Shown here one piece after another: positions 18,606-29,265 of a stretch of 64,000 nt of DNA. The stretch is from Ostreococcus lucimarinus. Taxonomy: Eukaryota. The stretch lies in NCBI GenBank assembly GCA_000092065.1, contig CP000594.1; one strand, 5' to 3'. The notes under the pieces are model-generated. The model made no database searches, had not been told where the DNA came from, and saw only the letters and a program-made list of their open reading frames with translations. Within the stretch, counting starts at the first letter, position 1; each line of letters starts with the position of its first letter. Position numbers and translations under genes: made by a program.

Positions 18606-20852
18606 ATGTCCCTCCACGCCGCCCGCGATGAGATCGCGTGCGCGACGTGCCGCGCTCGCGGTGCGGCCTCCTTCGCGCCCTCCGACGCCGGCTTCTACGT
18701 CTGCGTGCGCTGCGGGACGCAGAGCCAAACGCAAATCGCAAATCTCGCCGAGATTGGGCTCGAGGACGCGGACGACGGCGACGCGTTCGTCCCGGGCGCG
18801 GGACGCGTGAGCGGACGAAGCCTGCGCGCGCGCCGCGCGAAGAGCGCGCGCAAAAGCGCGACGCGGGCGGGGAAGCGGGCGCGAGACGCGGCGCGCGACC
18901 CCGGGACGGCGGCGGAGGCGTACGCGCGCGCGTTTCAGGCGGTGTTGATGACGCAGACGCGCGCGGTGGCGACGCTGATGGACGACGCGCGAGACGCGAG
19001 CGAAAAAGGATTGGAAAACGCGGTGCGAGACGTGTGGGGACGGTATCTGCGAGCGAGCGGGACGCTCGAGCGCGAGAGCGGAGGGACGACGACGACGACG
19101 GCGAGCGGCGAGGCGGACGACGGCGACGAAGACGAACGGACGAAATCGACGACGGCGCGGTTCGTCAAGGATCGATTGCCGATGGTGATGAGCTTGGGAC
19201 TGTTGTATTTGGCGTTGGCGCGGCGCCGCGCGGCGATTTTGCCGTTTGAGCTCGCGAAGATGGCGGCGGAGGGATCGTTGCCGTACTTGAACGTGTACGA
19301 CGTCGTTCACGAGCACTGCGGCGAGAACACCGTGGAGCTTCTTCCGTCGGATGAAATATTTCTGTTCGAGCATCCGAAGAGGATACCCACGCCGCAGCGC
19401 ATCGTCGCGGCGGCGGCGTTCGCGGCGGCGAAAATTGACGCGCAGTTGCCGCCGATTAACGCAGCGGCGATATTGACGCGATACGTGGGAACGCTGTTCA
19501 ATTTGGACTCGCAAGTATTACACGCAGCGCGTAGAACGCTTTCGGTTTACTTGTCGCCAGCTTTACGATACGGCGCGAAAAATGTCGTCGGCGCGCCCGA
19601 GTCGGCGCTCCTGGCGTACGTCGTCGTGGCGCTGAAGTTTTTGTACGGTTTAGACGGGAGAACGCACACGCAAGCGCGCGTTCAAATTTCGCGTAATGGT
19701 GTTCTGGGTAAAATCGTTCGTCCATCGATCCAGGGCGTGTCTCCGGGTGGATGGAGCGCTTGGGCGCGCGGCGTCGGGGCTTTGGGCGCGCCGGCGCTGC
19801 CGTGGAGCGAGGACTACGTGTCAAAGCTCGACGATTGCGACAAGGATCGTCACATTCGATTCGCTTATCACAGACTATTGAGCGGTCGTATTATGCCGTT
19901 TCCATTCAACAGAATCGAAGAGAAACTGTTGAAAGTCGTACCACCGACGAGATTGAACGCCGACGCGTCGGTGCCGGCGCCGCCACCGCCGCCGGCGCCG
20001 TCCACGACGGATCCTCAGCTCGAGTGTTTGAAAGCAAAACACGCGCTCGCCGAGTCATACGAGACGCGTGTGCGCGTTCACTGCGCGCATGCCGTCATCG
20101 ACGAGCTCAGGCTCGCGAACCCAGAGGTGGGTGTTGACTTCAATAATGAGCTTCGACGCGCGTGCGTGCGATCGGTGCGTCTTCGCGCGGGCGGTCTCGC
20201 GCTGCGTCACGTCACCGATGAACGCGCGAGCTCACTCATCGCTCGCAATGTGAACATTTTCATGCACGAGAAGGAAGAAAGTATTGTGCACGCGGTCGGC
20301 GGCCAGCAGATTATCTCACGCATGCGATTAGATTCGCTGGTGCGCCGTGTTCTCGCGGCGACTTTCAAGTCGGACGACGCGTTCGACGGCGCCCTAGCCA
20401 AGAGATTGATACGAACGATTTTAAAGGCCGTGGAAACCGAGGATCCGGATTTGAACGCAGAATTTACCAACAATGAACGAATCTCGTACATTAAGGAGAC
20501 GATCAGTGACTTGGCTCGCGAGCAAGAGCACTTGAACGCCGTGTTGCGACTCGATCCCGATTGGAAAGGTTACGACGACGGCTCCGAGCGCACCGCCAAA
20601 ATCATCGATGAGCACATCTGTGTGCGCACCGCTGGATCGTACTTACCCGCGGCGAGCGCGAACAACGTATTCGACGCTTGCCCTGCGGAGTATGTGCAAA
20701 TCGTCGAAGCCTTGGCGCGTTTTGCGTGGATTAATCCCGAGGCGTTGCACGAGAGTGTCATGGAGCTCGAGCTCGTGTTACTCGGCGTCGAAAAAATGAT
20801 AGCTGTAGAGAAGACCAAGAATAAAAAGGCTTTGAAGAAACGCAAGCGTTAG
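18606..20852 (+). CDS. RRN7/TAF1B-like RNA polymerase I core-factor subunit (N-terminal zinc ribbon + cyclin-like region), tentative
   Basis: N-terminal C-x2-C...C-x2-CG zinc ribbon (CATCRARGAASFAPSDAGFYVCVRCGTQSQ). It is followed by FQAVLMTQTRAVATLMDDARDASEKGLENAVRDVWGRYL, which resembles the conserved Rrn7/TAF1B cyclin-fold helix. This is recalled from memory; no search was run. Confidence 0.45.
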   Translation: MSLHAARDEIACATCRARGAASFAPSDAGFYVCVRCGTQSQTQIANLAEIGLEDADDGDAFVPGAGRVSGRSLRARRAKSARKSATRAGKRARDAARDPGTAAEAYARAFQAVLMTQTRAVATLMDDARDASEKGLENAVRDVWGRYLRASGTLERESGGTTTTTASGEADDGDEDERTKSTTARFVKDRLPMVMSLGLLYLALARRRAAILPFELAKMAAEGSLPYLNVYDVVHEHCGENTVELLPSDEIFLFEHPKRIPTPQRIVAAAAFAAAKIDAQLPPINAAAILTRYVGTLFNLDSQVLHAARRTLSVYLSPALRYGAKNVVGAPESALLAYVVVALKFLYGLDGRTHTQARVQISRNGVLGKIVRPSIQGVSPGGWSAWARGVGALGAPALPWSEDYVSKLDDCDKDRHIRFAYHRLLSGRIMPFPFNRIEEKLLKVVPPTRLNADASVPAPPPPPAPSTTDPQLECLKAKHALAESYETRVRVHCAHAVIDELRLANPEVGVDFNNELRRACVRSVRLRAGGLALRHVTDERASSLIARNVNIFMHEKEESIVHAVGGQQIISRMRLDSLVRRVLAATFKSDDAFDGALAKRLIRTILKAVETEDPDLNAEFTNNERISYIKETISDLAREQEHLNAVLRLDPDWKGYDDGSERTAKIIDEHICVRTAGSYLPAASANNVFDACPAEYVQIVEALARFAWINPEALHESVMELELVLLGVEKMIAVEKTKNKKALKKRKR

Positions 20853-20902
20853 CAAATATTGGCTTGCTAGTACATTAGAATAGTTGTTACAATAGATTAG
20901 AC

Positions 20903-22375
20903 TCAAAGTTGCGCGCCAAACTTGACTCCGACGCCGGGCTTCCAAGTCTTCGCGCTCTCCGCGCGTGCTAATTTGGCCTGCGCTTTGAGCTTTTCGACGT
21001 AATTCCTCGGTGACTCTACCGCGTTCGCGTCTCCTCTATGACTCCCTACGCTCGGTGGTGGGGCGAACCCATAGTCATCCTCATCGCTGTAAATTGATTT
21101 GGCTTGCGCCGGCGAGCGCTCGTGCCAAACGCGGCGATTCGTCGCCGGCGTCGAGGGCGAGCGTCGCACCGGGAACGGACTACCAGCAGAGGCGTGGTCA
21201 TCGCTCACACCACCCTCGTCTTCAAAAACAGTCTTCAATCCGAGTCGTTCGAGCTTTTCATTCGTGCTCATCTCACCCACTGACTTGAGCAAATCGGAGC
21301 GCAGGACTGACGTGACGAGTTTCGGTGGCTTTTCCGGCGACGTCGGTGTTGATCCCTCGCCGTTGTTGCTCACATTTTCAAACTTCACGCGCATCTCGCG
21401 CGAATTTTTATTCTTAGGATTGAGTATCGTCCCCGCACTGCTCGAGCGCTCCGAGCGAGCGCTCTTTGAGTGTCTGTCACCCGCCCACGAACTCCCTCGT
21501 TCCTCCCAAGGCGCGACTGGTTTCAACTTTAAGTTGTCCACGCGGAAGCCCAAGTCATTAATTTCGTCCCGCACGCGCTCGGCTGTCGACCCAGCGCGTT
21601 CGGCGACGGCGAGAAGTTTATCTAATTGCGTCTCGTACGAATCCTTACCCTCTGCGATCCACCGGTTGGCGTCTTTTTGTCTCTCCGTCGACCGCGGCGG
21701 CAGCTTGATTCGCAAGCTCGATCGCGGCGTCACGACTTCCGGGAGTCTCTGGTCGTCGTCTTCCTCGTCCCGTCTCGGTTTCTCTTGCACCACCGCCGCC
21801 GCTCGGGCTTGTTTTCGCAACTCACGCCTCGCCCGTCGCGCCGCCGTCTCCCTATCCACCGGCGGACGCGCCGCCGGCGTCGATTCCTCCTCGTCGCTCT
21901 TGTTGTACGCGTCCACGTCCGCGGTCGAGGCCTTCGTCGCGCGCGCTCTCCTCGACCTCGACCCCGACGACGTCGACGCCCCACCGCCGCGATACGGCCG
22001 CTCCTTCATCGTCTCCGACGACCATCCCGCGCCGGTTTTCGACGACGCCGGCAGCGTCGCCTCCAGCGCGCGTCTCAGCGCCTCGATCGTCGCCGCCTCC
22101 TCTTCGCGCGCCGCCTCCGCCTCTACCTCCGACGCCCTCTCCTCCTCTTCCCGCGCCGTCTCTTCGACCTCCGGCGCGTCGGCGACGACCGCGACCTCCC
22201 CTCGCGCCTCGCCGTCCCGCGCGCCGCGCGTCGTCGCCGCCGCGTCCTCCTCACCCGCCGCGTCCGCGCCCCCCTCGTCGCCCGTCGACGCGCTCGACGT
22301 CACCGACGGCGTCCTCGACACCACCACGATCGTTCGCGTCGGTTCGCTCGCGTCTTTCGAGGCACACGCGCCCAT
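20903..22375 (-). CDS. hypothetical protein with N-myristoylation-type start (MGACASK), K/E/R-rich coiled regions
   Basis: The ORF-track start at 22702 gives a 109-aa arginine-rich extension that would overlap the divergent promoter. The internal Met at 22375 begins MGACASKDASEPT (G2, S6 myristoylation consensus). There is no recognisable domain. Confidence 0.4.
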   Translation of the reverse strand: MGACASKDASEPTRTIVVVSRTPSVTSSASTGDEGGADAAGEEDAAATTRGARDGEARGEVAVVADAPEVEETAREEEERASEVEAEAAREEEAATIEALRRALEATLPASSKTGAGWSSETMKERPYRGGGASTSSGSRSRRARATKASTADVDAYNKSDEEESTPAARPPVDRETAARRARRELRKQARAAAVVQEKPRRDEEDDDQRLPEVVTPRSSLRIKLPPRSTERQKDANRWIAEGKDSYETQLDKLLAVAERAGSTAERVRDEINDLGFRVDNLKLKPVAPWEERGSSWAGDRHSKSARSERSSSAGTILNPKNKNSREMRVKFENVSNNGEGSTPTSPEKPPKLVTSVLRSDLLKSVGEMSTNEKLERLGLKTVFEDEGGVSDDHASAGSPFPVRRSPSTPATNRRVWHERSPAQAKSIYSDEDDYGFAPPPSVGSHRGDANAVESPRNYVEKLKAQAKLARAESAKTWKPGVGVKFGAQL

Positions 22376-22647
22376 CGCGCGCCGAGATATTTCTCGCGCG
22401 TCGGACGCCCCGCGGATTGATCGCCCTCGCGTCGCGCGCGCGCGCGCGTTCGCGCCACCGCGCGTCGCGCTCGCCGCCGCGAATTTCGGGTCGTCGCGTC
22501 GCGCCGTCGCGATCGCGTCGCTTCGCGTCGCGCGCCGCGCCCGCGCGCCGCGAAGTCCCGCGCCGCGTCGTCGCGACCGCGGCCGCGCGCGACGTGCATA
22601 AATAAAACCACACCGAACCCTAGCGTATACTAACCAACGCGAACCCC

Positions 22648-24951
22648 ATGAACCGCACGGATTCAAACGTCGCGGCGCCGGCCGCCGCGCGCGCGTCCGC
22701 ACGCCGCGACGCGCTCGCCGCGCGCGCGCTCGGCGCCGCCCGCGCGGCGAATCGGCGAATTCGCGAATTCCCCCGTCATCCCGCGCTCGATTCGCGCGCG
22801 ATGTCGCCGGTGTCGCCGCTCGAGCGCACCGACGGCGCGCGCGCGCTCGAGTCCGTCACCGCGAGCGCGATCGACGACGCGCTCGCCGACGCGGCGCTCG
22901 ACGCGGGCGGTGGAGGGACGACGGAGGAAAAGGCCGCGCGTCACGACGGGACGATCGGCGCGCGCGTCGTCGGCCACGGCACGCGCGTCGGGTCGCCCGG
23001 GGGCGGGAGCGGGCTCATCAAGGATGCGCTGCGACTGGTGACGAAGAAGACGAGGGACGGCGCGACGCGGGCGGAGATCGCGCGCGTGGACGAACAGCTG
23101 AGCTTTGATAAGGGGTTTTATCTGACGATACGCGCGATACAGCTGCTGAAGGCGTCGGCGCCGGAGAGGACGATCGTGGTGGGCGTCGCGGGGCCGAGCG
23201 GGGCGGGCAAGACGGTGTTCACGAGTAAGATTCAAGAGTTCATGCCGGGAGCGGTGACGCTGTCGATGGACATGTACAACGACTCGAGCATGCTGCTGGA
23301 GGGGAACTTTGACGATCCGAGGTTGACGGATTACGCGTGCCTGTTGGAGAATTTGAAAGGGTTGAAGAACGGGGAGACGGTGGAGACGCCGGTGTACGAT
23401 TACAAGGAGAGTAAACGGACGGGTTACGTGACGGTGCCGTGTCCAGCGTCCAAGGTTGTGATTTTAGAGGGTATATACGCGTTGAACGAAAAGCTACGAC
23501 CGATGTTGGACCTCAGGGTGAGCGTCACGGGAGGGGTGCACTTTGATTTGGTCAAGCGCGTTTTGCGCGACATTAATCGAAGCGGTCAGGCGCCGGAGAG
23601 CATCATTCACCAAATTAGCGAGACGGTGTATCCGATGTACAAGGCGTTCATCGAGCCCGATCTTCGCACCGCGCATTTGAAGGTGGTGAACTCGTTCAAC
23701 CCGTTCGCTGGGTTTCAAGATCCGACGTATATTTTGAAATCCGACCGCGTCCCCGACGAGGCGCGCATCCACGCCGTCTTGGGCAAGGATTGCCAAGTCA
23801 CGGACGAAATCGAGACGGCGGATATTTATCTGTTGCCCCCGAACGAAGACCCCGAGACGTGCACTTCTTGGCTCAGAATGCGTAATCGCGACGGGCACTA
23901 CACGCTAATGTTCGCCGAGACGGTGACGGATGGGCCGATTATGATTTCGCCGCGCATCAAGTTTGAAGTCGGCGTTCGCATTCTCGGCGGTCTCATGGCC
24001 CTCGGCTACGTCGTCGGCGCCATCATGAAACGTCGAAGCAAAGAGTACAGCGACGACTTACTGACGATCAAGGTCGATTGGGTCGAAGGCCTCGATCGAT
24101 CCTTTGTTCAAGTGCAAGGGCGCCTGCGCTCCGCGGTGGAGGAGGCGGGGAAAAAGCTCGGTCTCAACGGCACCTACATCGCGCACTCCTACATCGAACA
24201 AGTTCAGCTTGAGCAGCTCACGAAAGAGCTCTCATCGCTCACGGATGACTTGAAGGAACGATTCCCGATCACGGAGGCCATGCTGACGTCCAACACCGAG
24301 GCTTCGGACACGTCGAGCGACGAGGTCGGATCGCCGCACAGCGCCAACGGTCACAGTCGGCGTCGCTCGTCGCCCGGGGGAAGCGACAGCGGTGGCCGGC
24401 CGCCGCACCCGCCCCGTCCTCGCTCCGCCGCGCCCGCGAACTGGGGTGGCTACGGTCTCGACGGTCCGGGAGATACGACATTTTACACGCCGCCGCCGCG
24501 AAGCTTGAGCCGCGGCCCGAGCCGCAACGGCAAGTCGTACGACATGGACCGCATGGCGAGCCCGAGCCGTCGCCGCACGAGCCCGAGTGATAAGCGCACG
24601 TCACCGAACGCCTCGCGCGAAAACCTCAACGCGCACGGTTTGGAGATGAAGTTTGATTGGCTCGCCAACCGCGTCGAAAAGCTCGGCGAGCTCCAACGCC
24701 AAGCCTCCATGGAAACCATCTCCGCGAGCGATCAAATGATCACCACTCCCGGCGGTTCTCGCATCAAAGAGTCCGACCTTCTCATCCGTGAGCTCCAATC
24801 GCTCACCGCCAAGGTCGACGCCTTATCGACGAGCTTCCACAAGCAACAACTCGACCTCTCTCGCGTCGAGTCGCGCCAATTCGTCGGTTTCGCCCTCGCC
24901 GGCGCCGCGTGCGTCTGCGCCGCCTTTCTCGCCGGCGCCACCCGTCGATGA
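22648..24951 (+). CDS. TTM-type protein: uridine-kinase/phosphoribulokinase-like P-loop domain + CYTH (triphosphate tunnel) domain + coiled coil + C-terminal TM anchor
   Basis: Walker A VVGVAGPSGAGKTVFTSK within a PRK/UK-like region (TLSMDMYND, ILEGIYALNEKLRPMLDLRVSVTGGVHFDLVKRVLRDI). A downstream region is consistent with CYTH, and the hydrophobic C-terminus is FVGFALAGAACVCAAFLAGAT. The architecture matches plant TTM1/TTM2. Confidence 0.65.
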   Translation: MNRTDSNVAAPAAARASARRDALAARALGAARAANRRIREFPRHPALDSRAMSPVSPLERTDGARALESVTASAIDDALADAALDAGGGGTTEEKAARHDGTIGARVVGHGTRVGSPGGGSGLIKDALRLVTKKTRDGATRAEIARVDEQLSFDKGFYLTIRAIQLLKASAPERTIVVGVAGPSGAGKTVFTSKIQEFMPGAVTLSMDMYNDSSMLLEGNFDDPRLTDYACLLENLKGLKNGETVETPVYDYKESKRTGYVTVPCPASKVVILEGIYALNEKLRPMLDLRVSVTGGVHFDLVKRVLRDINRSGQAPESIIHQISETVYPMYKAFIEPDLRTAHLKVVNSFNPFAGFQDPTYILKSDRVPDEARIHAVLGKDCQVTDEIETADIYLLPPNEDPETCTSWLRMRNRDGHYTLMFAETVTDGPIMISPRIKFEVGVRILGGLMALGYVVGAIMKRRSKEYSDDLLTIKVDWVEGLDRSFVQVQGRLRSAVEEAGKKLGLNGTYIAHSYIEQVQLEQLTKELSSLTDDLKERFPITEAMLTSNTEASDTSSDEVGSPHSANGHSRRRSSPGGSDSGGRPPHPPRPRSAAPANWGGYGLDGPGDTTFYTPPPRSLSRGPSRNGKSYDMDRMASPSRRRTSPSDKRTSPNASRENLNAHGLEMKFDWLANRVEKLGELQRQASMETISASDQMITTPGGSRIKESDLLIRELQSLTAKVDALSTSFHKQQLDLSRVESRQFVGFALAGAACVCAAFLAGATRR

Positions 24952-25161
24952 CGTCGTCATCGTCGCCCTCGACGTCCGCGCCTCGACGCTCGACGCTCGT
25001 TCGCTCGTTCGTTCCTCCGCGCGCCGACGGCGCGCCTGTAATCAATGTCTCACTCACGAAATGACCGAAAATCACACCCGCGCGCGCGCCAACCGCGAAA
25101 ATCACCCCTCGCGCGCGCGTCCTCGACGCGGCGTCACCCCGCGACGCGCGACACGCACACG

Positions 25162-25536
25162 ATGTTCGCCGCCGCGCAGACCCGCGCGCAATTCACGCCG
25201 TCCGCCCTCGCGCGCGCGCCCCGCGCGACGTCCGCGCGTCGCGCCCGCGCGCCGCTCGCCGTCGTCGCCGCCGCGCAAACCCTCGAGGGCGTCGTCGTCG
25301 CGCGCTCGGGCGCGAAATCGAAAACCCTGCGCGTCGATCGCAAGGTGCCGCACCCGAAGTACGTGAAGCGCATGAACGTGAGCAAAAAATTCATGTTTCA
25401 CGACGCCGCGGAGGCGTGCAAGGTGGGCGATCGCGTGGTGATCGAGGCGTGTCGACCGATGTCGAAGGCGAAAAAGTTTACGCTCAAGGAGGTGGTGTAC
25501 GCGTGCCAGGTCGACGTGGATTGCGTCGTGGCGTGA
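25162..25536 (+). CDS. organellar (bacterial-type) ribosomal protein uS17 with N-terminal transit peptide
   Basis: VVARSGAKSKTLRVDRKVPHPKYVKRMNVSKKFMFHDAAEACKVGDRVVIEACRPMSKAKKFTLKEVV resembles the bacterial S17 pattern (V..DKM.KT.VV.VE....HP.Y.K...R.KK...HDE.N.A.VGD.V.I.ECRPLSK.K.W.L). It is preceded by MFAAAQTRAQFTPSALARAPRATSARRARAPLAVVAAAQT. The start was moved from 25045 to the Met at 25162. Confidence 0.7.
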   Translation: MFAAAQTRAQFTPSALARAPRATSARRARAPLAVVAAAQTLEGVVVARSGAKSKTLRVDRKVPHPKYVKRMNVSKKFMFHDAAEACKVGDRVVIEACRPMSKAKKFTLKEVVYACQVDVDCVVA

Positions 25537-25764
25537 TGGACTCGCGGCGGATGGCGCGCGCGCGCGTTTACGTAAGATTTATGCGGAGGGCGTTCGGGAG
25601 GACGGCGGCGCGCGATCGGTCGGCGCGGCGCGAAGATGAAATGAAACCCTAAAGCCTCAAATTTAGATAGAGCTCGCCGCGCGAGCTCCTAGCTTGTAAG
25701 ATGATTGATTCTTTCATGATGAATGCGAATCGAGGGCGAGCTAATAGAATCCGCGCGATGGTGG

Positions 25765-28700
25765 CTAACGCGTGCGCAAGACGCCGCGAGCGACGGTGAG
25801 GAAATCGGCGAGGTTGCGACGGAAGCGACGCTTGTTGACGCGGTCGACGCCCTCGGCGAGGCCGTTGGCGCTCGTGAGGGCGACGAAGGCGTTTTGGAGT
25901 AAATCGACGCTTCGTGGCTCGTCGGCGACGGCGGAGATGAAGGCAGAGGCGAGATTTTGGAACGCCGGGCGCTCGTGGAGGATGATGGGGAGGAGTGCGT
26001 CGGCGGCTTCGTCGACGAGATTGAAGACGGCTTCCTCGTAGACGAGACGGTGGAACAAGAGGCGCATGAGATGGGCGAGGATGGACACGCCCTCGGCGTT
26101 AGGGGCCATGTGTGCGCCTAAACCGATGGTTTGTGTCTTCGCACTGTTGCATTGGAACGTGGCCAGGGCGCCGAGCGCAGTCATGCTCTCCTTACTCACC
26201 GTCTCGTCGGCGTGCTTCAAGCCGAATTCGAGCGTCGACATGAGGGTGCCGAATAAGTCGGGCGCTAGCTGCGCGACTTTTTTGGGGTAGGCCTCGAGCA
26301 TGTACGCCAAAAGCTCGAAATATTGTCTGCAAAGCTTGGGGAACTTGAGCAATTCATCCGTGATGAGCGGGATGACGGCGTTCAAACCGGCGAAGACGAC
26401 GCGAGCGATGTCGATTTGTTCCGCGAGCGCCGCCGCCTGGTCGGGCGGCGCGCTCTCGATGATGGCGTCGTGTAAGTTTCCGCTCGACATGTGCGTGAGC
26501 ATGCGCAATAGCGCGCGAACTTCTTTATACGCCTCTTTTACCGCCTCTTGACTCAATAGCGCGCCGGCTTCCGACTTGACGGCGCCGCGGCCGGATTTCG
26601 CGTACGTCTCCACCACGCGCAGGCAATACCGACACACCCAATCCACTTGTTGGGCGTTGAGATACGGCGAGTTGGCCTCGACGAACTCCTCGGTCAGGCG
26701 CAGCAATAGCTTCATCACTCGTCCTAAATCTTTCGCGAGCGTTTGCAAATTTAGCAAGTGATCGACGGCTGCGACGAAAAAGTTGAAAACCGCCGGTTGG
26801 CTCTTTCCATTCGTCGATCGCACGACGCCTCGCAACGCCTCGAGCGCGGCGCACGCTCGAGCCTCGCCTTCGGGGTGATGTAAACCCTCACGATCGACGC
26901 TTACCGCGGCGATGACTTCGCCCGGGGGCGTGATGAGGGCGTTCACATACGCCTCGCACTGCGCGGGATCAATCACGCTCGCGGCGACGCGCCCGACGCA
27001 CTCGCTCAAACCGCGATGGACTTCGGGCGGGAACGCGACGACGCCGCGCTCATGATGCGCCCCAGCGCACGCCTGACGCAACGCATCCCACGAAGGCATG
27101 TTTACTAAGTGCTTCAACAGCGTCTTTCGTCGCGTGAGCACGGGAAACAACACGAATCCGATTGTTTTTTGTAAACTCGTCTCCCCCGGCCAATCGCTGA
27201 GCGCCTTGACGCCGATTTGCACGAGCGCGTCGAGCGCCTCCACGCCACCGTTTCTTTCGCTGAACATTCCCCCACCGTTCTCAGCGAGCTTGTTCGCGAT
27301 GTCAGCACCTCGTCGCACGCCTCCAGCGGCGGCGTACACCGCAGCGTGTAAGCTACCGCCGGAATCCTCTGGAATCAAATACGTATCCGCCCAACGCGCG
27401 AGCGCCCACACGACGGTTTCGAGCAGGCGAGGCGACAGCGCGCCGCGCGCGTTGGCGTCGAGCGCCAAGCAACCGAAATCGATCAACGCTCGCGCGAGTT
27501 CCACTACGCAGTTTGGTGCGCCTGGTGCCGTGGCTGCGGACGCCGCAGCGAGGGAGTCTGGTGGAATCGGCGTTTCGCCGTCGCCGTCATCCGCGAGCAC
27601 GTGCGCAGCCAGGCGCGTCAGCCACCATAATTCCTCCAACAACTCACTCGGATCTTGACCGCTCGCCATGCACGCGGGAAGCGAGTTTCGCTTTTCAACT
27701 AAAACGTGCTGCAGCGTCGGTAAAGTCGTCGTGGGATGCGCGCGCAAGACTTGGGCGGCGAGTTCGAGTCTCGCGTCGAGCGCCGCCGCCCCGGCTTGGC
27801 CCTCCTCTTCGTGCCCATCGTCCTCTTCGTGCGCGCCCTCGCGCGCGGCTTTCAACCCAGCGACGACGTAAGCGTGCGAAATATTTGCCGCTCCTTCTAA
27901 AACCGCGCTCGGAACCGCCGTTTCCACGCCTCCCGGCGCGCTCATGCCCTTGTTCACCAACGACGCCCACGCCTCGAGGAGCATCTTTAAACAATCATCC
28001 GTCACCGTGCCCTCGCACTGCACCGACAGCGCGTCTTGATTCAAGCACTCTAACGTGAGCTCGCCGAGTAAGTCTAGCGCGGTACGCTCGTTCAACTCCG
28101 GACCGAGCGATAAACTCGCGAAATCGTTGGCGTCGTGCACGAGCGCCAACGCGGACATGGAGCGGCAGCCGTCGATGAGGGCGTCTTCTCCGTGCCCCTC
28201 CAACGCCGCGCGCACGCTCGTCGCAGCCGGTAAGAGATACTTGGCGATCGCGCGCGCGCATCGCACGAAATGGCCCTGTCTCAGGCTATCGTCCGCATCC
28301 CGCGGGGGAAACACGCATCCACTGAGCGTGCAGAGCGCGCTCAGCGTCTTGCGACTCGCCGCGGCGACGCGCTTCGCCTCGACGCCTCCGCCCGCCAACA
28401 CCGCACTCTCCGCCCCAGCGTGCAAGTCGAACAACCAATCCAGCGCGCCTGGATTCAACAACACATCCCTCCACTCCATTCCCGGCGTGAGCTTCACGAA
28501 CGCGTTCGCCGCGCTCTCCGAGCTCGGAAACGCCCGTCCCCGAAACCCGTAACTCACGTCTCTATTAAAATCCCAACTCAACACCGCGTTCATCAACCGC
28601 AGCGCCGCCGCGCACGCCCCCCGATCGCTCCCATCGCTCACCCTCCCCGTCTCCACGCACCGTCTCGCCGCTTCGCACCCGTGCGCGAAGAACGGTTTCA

Positions 28701-29265
28701 AAAAATGTTTCTCCGCGCTCGCTCGACATCCTTCGTGCCGCTCCCACGTCGTCCCCAGTTCGCTCGCCGTCCCCGGCGCGAACTCGCTCACGATCGCCGC
28801 GAACACCTCCAGTCCCATCGTCTCCGCGTCCGATTCCCCCTTCGACGATTCCATCTTCGCCCGCACCTCGCGTTCGCACGCCCCCAGCGTCGCCATCTTC
28901 GTCGCGTCGTCCGCGTCCACCGCCGCGCGCTTCACCAGCGTCGCGCAGCACGCCGTCATCTGATTCCTCACCGCCCTCGCCGCGCCCTCCGCGTCCAGCG
29001 TCCATCGCAGCGCGAACGCGCGACACTCCTCGCGCTCGCTCGCGCGCATCGCGCCCCAGTCTCGCAGCGTCGCGTCGCGAAAGCACCGCGCGGCGTGAAA
29101 CTGGCCGTCGGTCGAGCTCTCGCGCGGGCGTTCGAGGACGCCGCGCGCGATCGCGCGCGCGTCGCGCCGCGCGCGCAGCTCGAGCAGCGCGCGCTCGGCG
29201 TTCGCGCGCTCGGCGCCGCGCAGCGCCGTCGCCGCGGCGTCGAACGCGCGCGCGTCGGCGTCCAT
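25765..29265 (-). CDS. exportin (importin-beta superfamily; XPO4/XPO7-sized, 1166 aa)
   Basis: Single uninterrupted 3.5-kb ORF. The N-terminus has an importin-beta N-terminal-like region ending ...CRAFALRW. The rest is an all-helical HEAT-like 1100-aa body. Family-level call only. Confidence 0.6.
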   Translation of the reverse strand: MDADARAFDAAATALRGAERANAERALLELRARRDARAIARGVLERPRESSTDGQFHAARCFRDATLRDWGAMRASEREECRAFALRWTLDAEGAARAVRNQMTACCATLVKRAAVDADDATKMATLGACEREVRAKMESSKGESDAETMGLEVFAAIVSEFAPGTASELGTTWERHEGCRASAEKHFLKPFFAHGCEAARRCVETGRVSDGSDRGACAAALRLMNAVLSWDFNRDVSYGFRGRAFPSSESAANAFVKLTPGMEWRDVLLNPGALDWLFDLHAGAESAVLAGGGVEAKRVAAASRKTLSALCTLSGCVFPPRDADDSLRQGHFVRCARAIAKYLLPAATSVRAALEGHGEDALIDGCRSMSALALVHDANDFASLSLGPELNERTALDLLGELTLECLNQDALSVQCEGTVTDDCLKMLLEAWASLVNKGMSAPGGVETAVPSAVLEGAANISHAYVVAGLKAAREGAHEEDDGHEEEGQAGAAALDARLELAAQVLRAHPTTTLPTLQHVLVEKRNSLPACMASGQDPSELLEELWWLTRLAAHVLADDGDGETPIPPDSLAAASAATAPGAPNCVVELARALIDFGCLALDANARGALSPRLLETVVWALARWADTYLIPEDSGGSLHAAVYAAAGGVRRGADIANKLAENGGGMFSERNGGVEALDALVQIGVKALSDWPGETSLQKTIGFVLFPVLTRRKTLLKHLVNMPSWDALRQACAGAHHERGVVAFPPEVHRGLSECVGRVAASVIDPAQCEAYVNALITPPGEVIAAVSVDREGLHHPEGEARACAALEALRGVVRSTNGKSQPAVFNFFVAAVDHLLNLQTLAKDLGRVMKLLLRLTEEFVEANSPYLNAQQVDWVCRYCLRVVETYAKSGRGAVKSEAGALLSQEAVKEAYKEVRALLRMLTHMSSGNLHDAIIESAPPDQAAALAEQIDIARVVFAGLNAVIPLITDELLKFPKLCRQYFELLAYMLEAYPKKVAQLAPDLFGTLMSTLEFGLKHADETVSKESMTALGALATFQCNSAKTQTIGLGAHMAPNAEGVSILAHLMRLLFHRLVYEEAVFNLVDEAADALLPIILHERPAFQNLASAFISAVADEPRSVDLLQNAFVALTSANGLAEGVDRVNKRRFRRNLADFLTVARGVLRTR

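Noticed and set aside
17769-19514. 581-aa minus-strand ORF
   Set aside because: It is antisense to the well-supported KH/WW gene and the RRN7-like gene. Its composition is R-rich (RRRERRRRDD...).
22376-22702. 109-aa N-terminal extension of the myristoylated-protein ORF
   Set aside because: It is arginine-rich and would overlap the start of the divergent TTM gene at 22648. The internal MGACASK start fits an N-myristoylation consensus.
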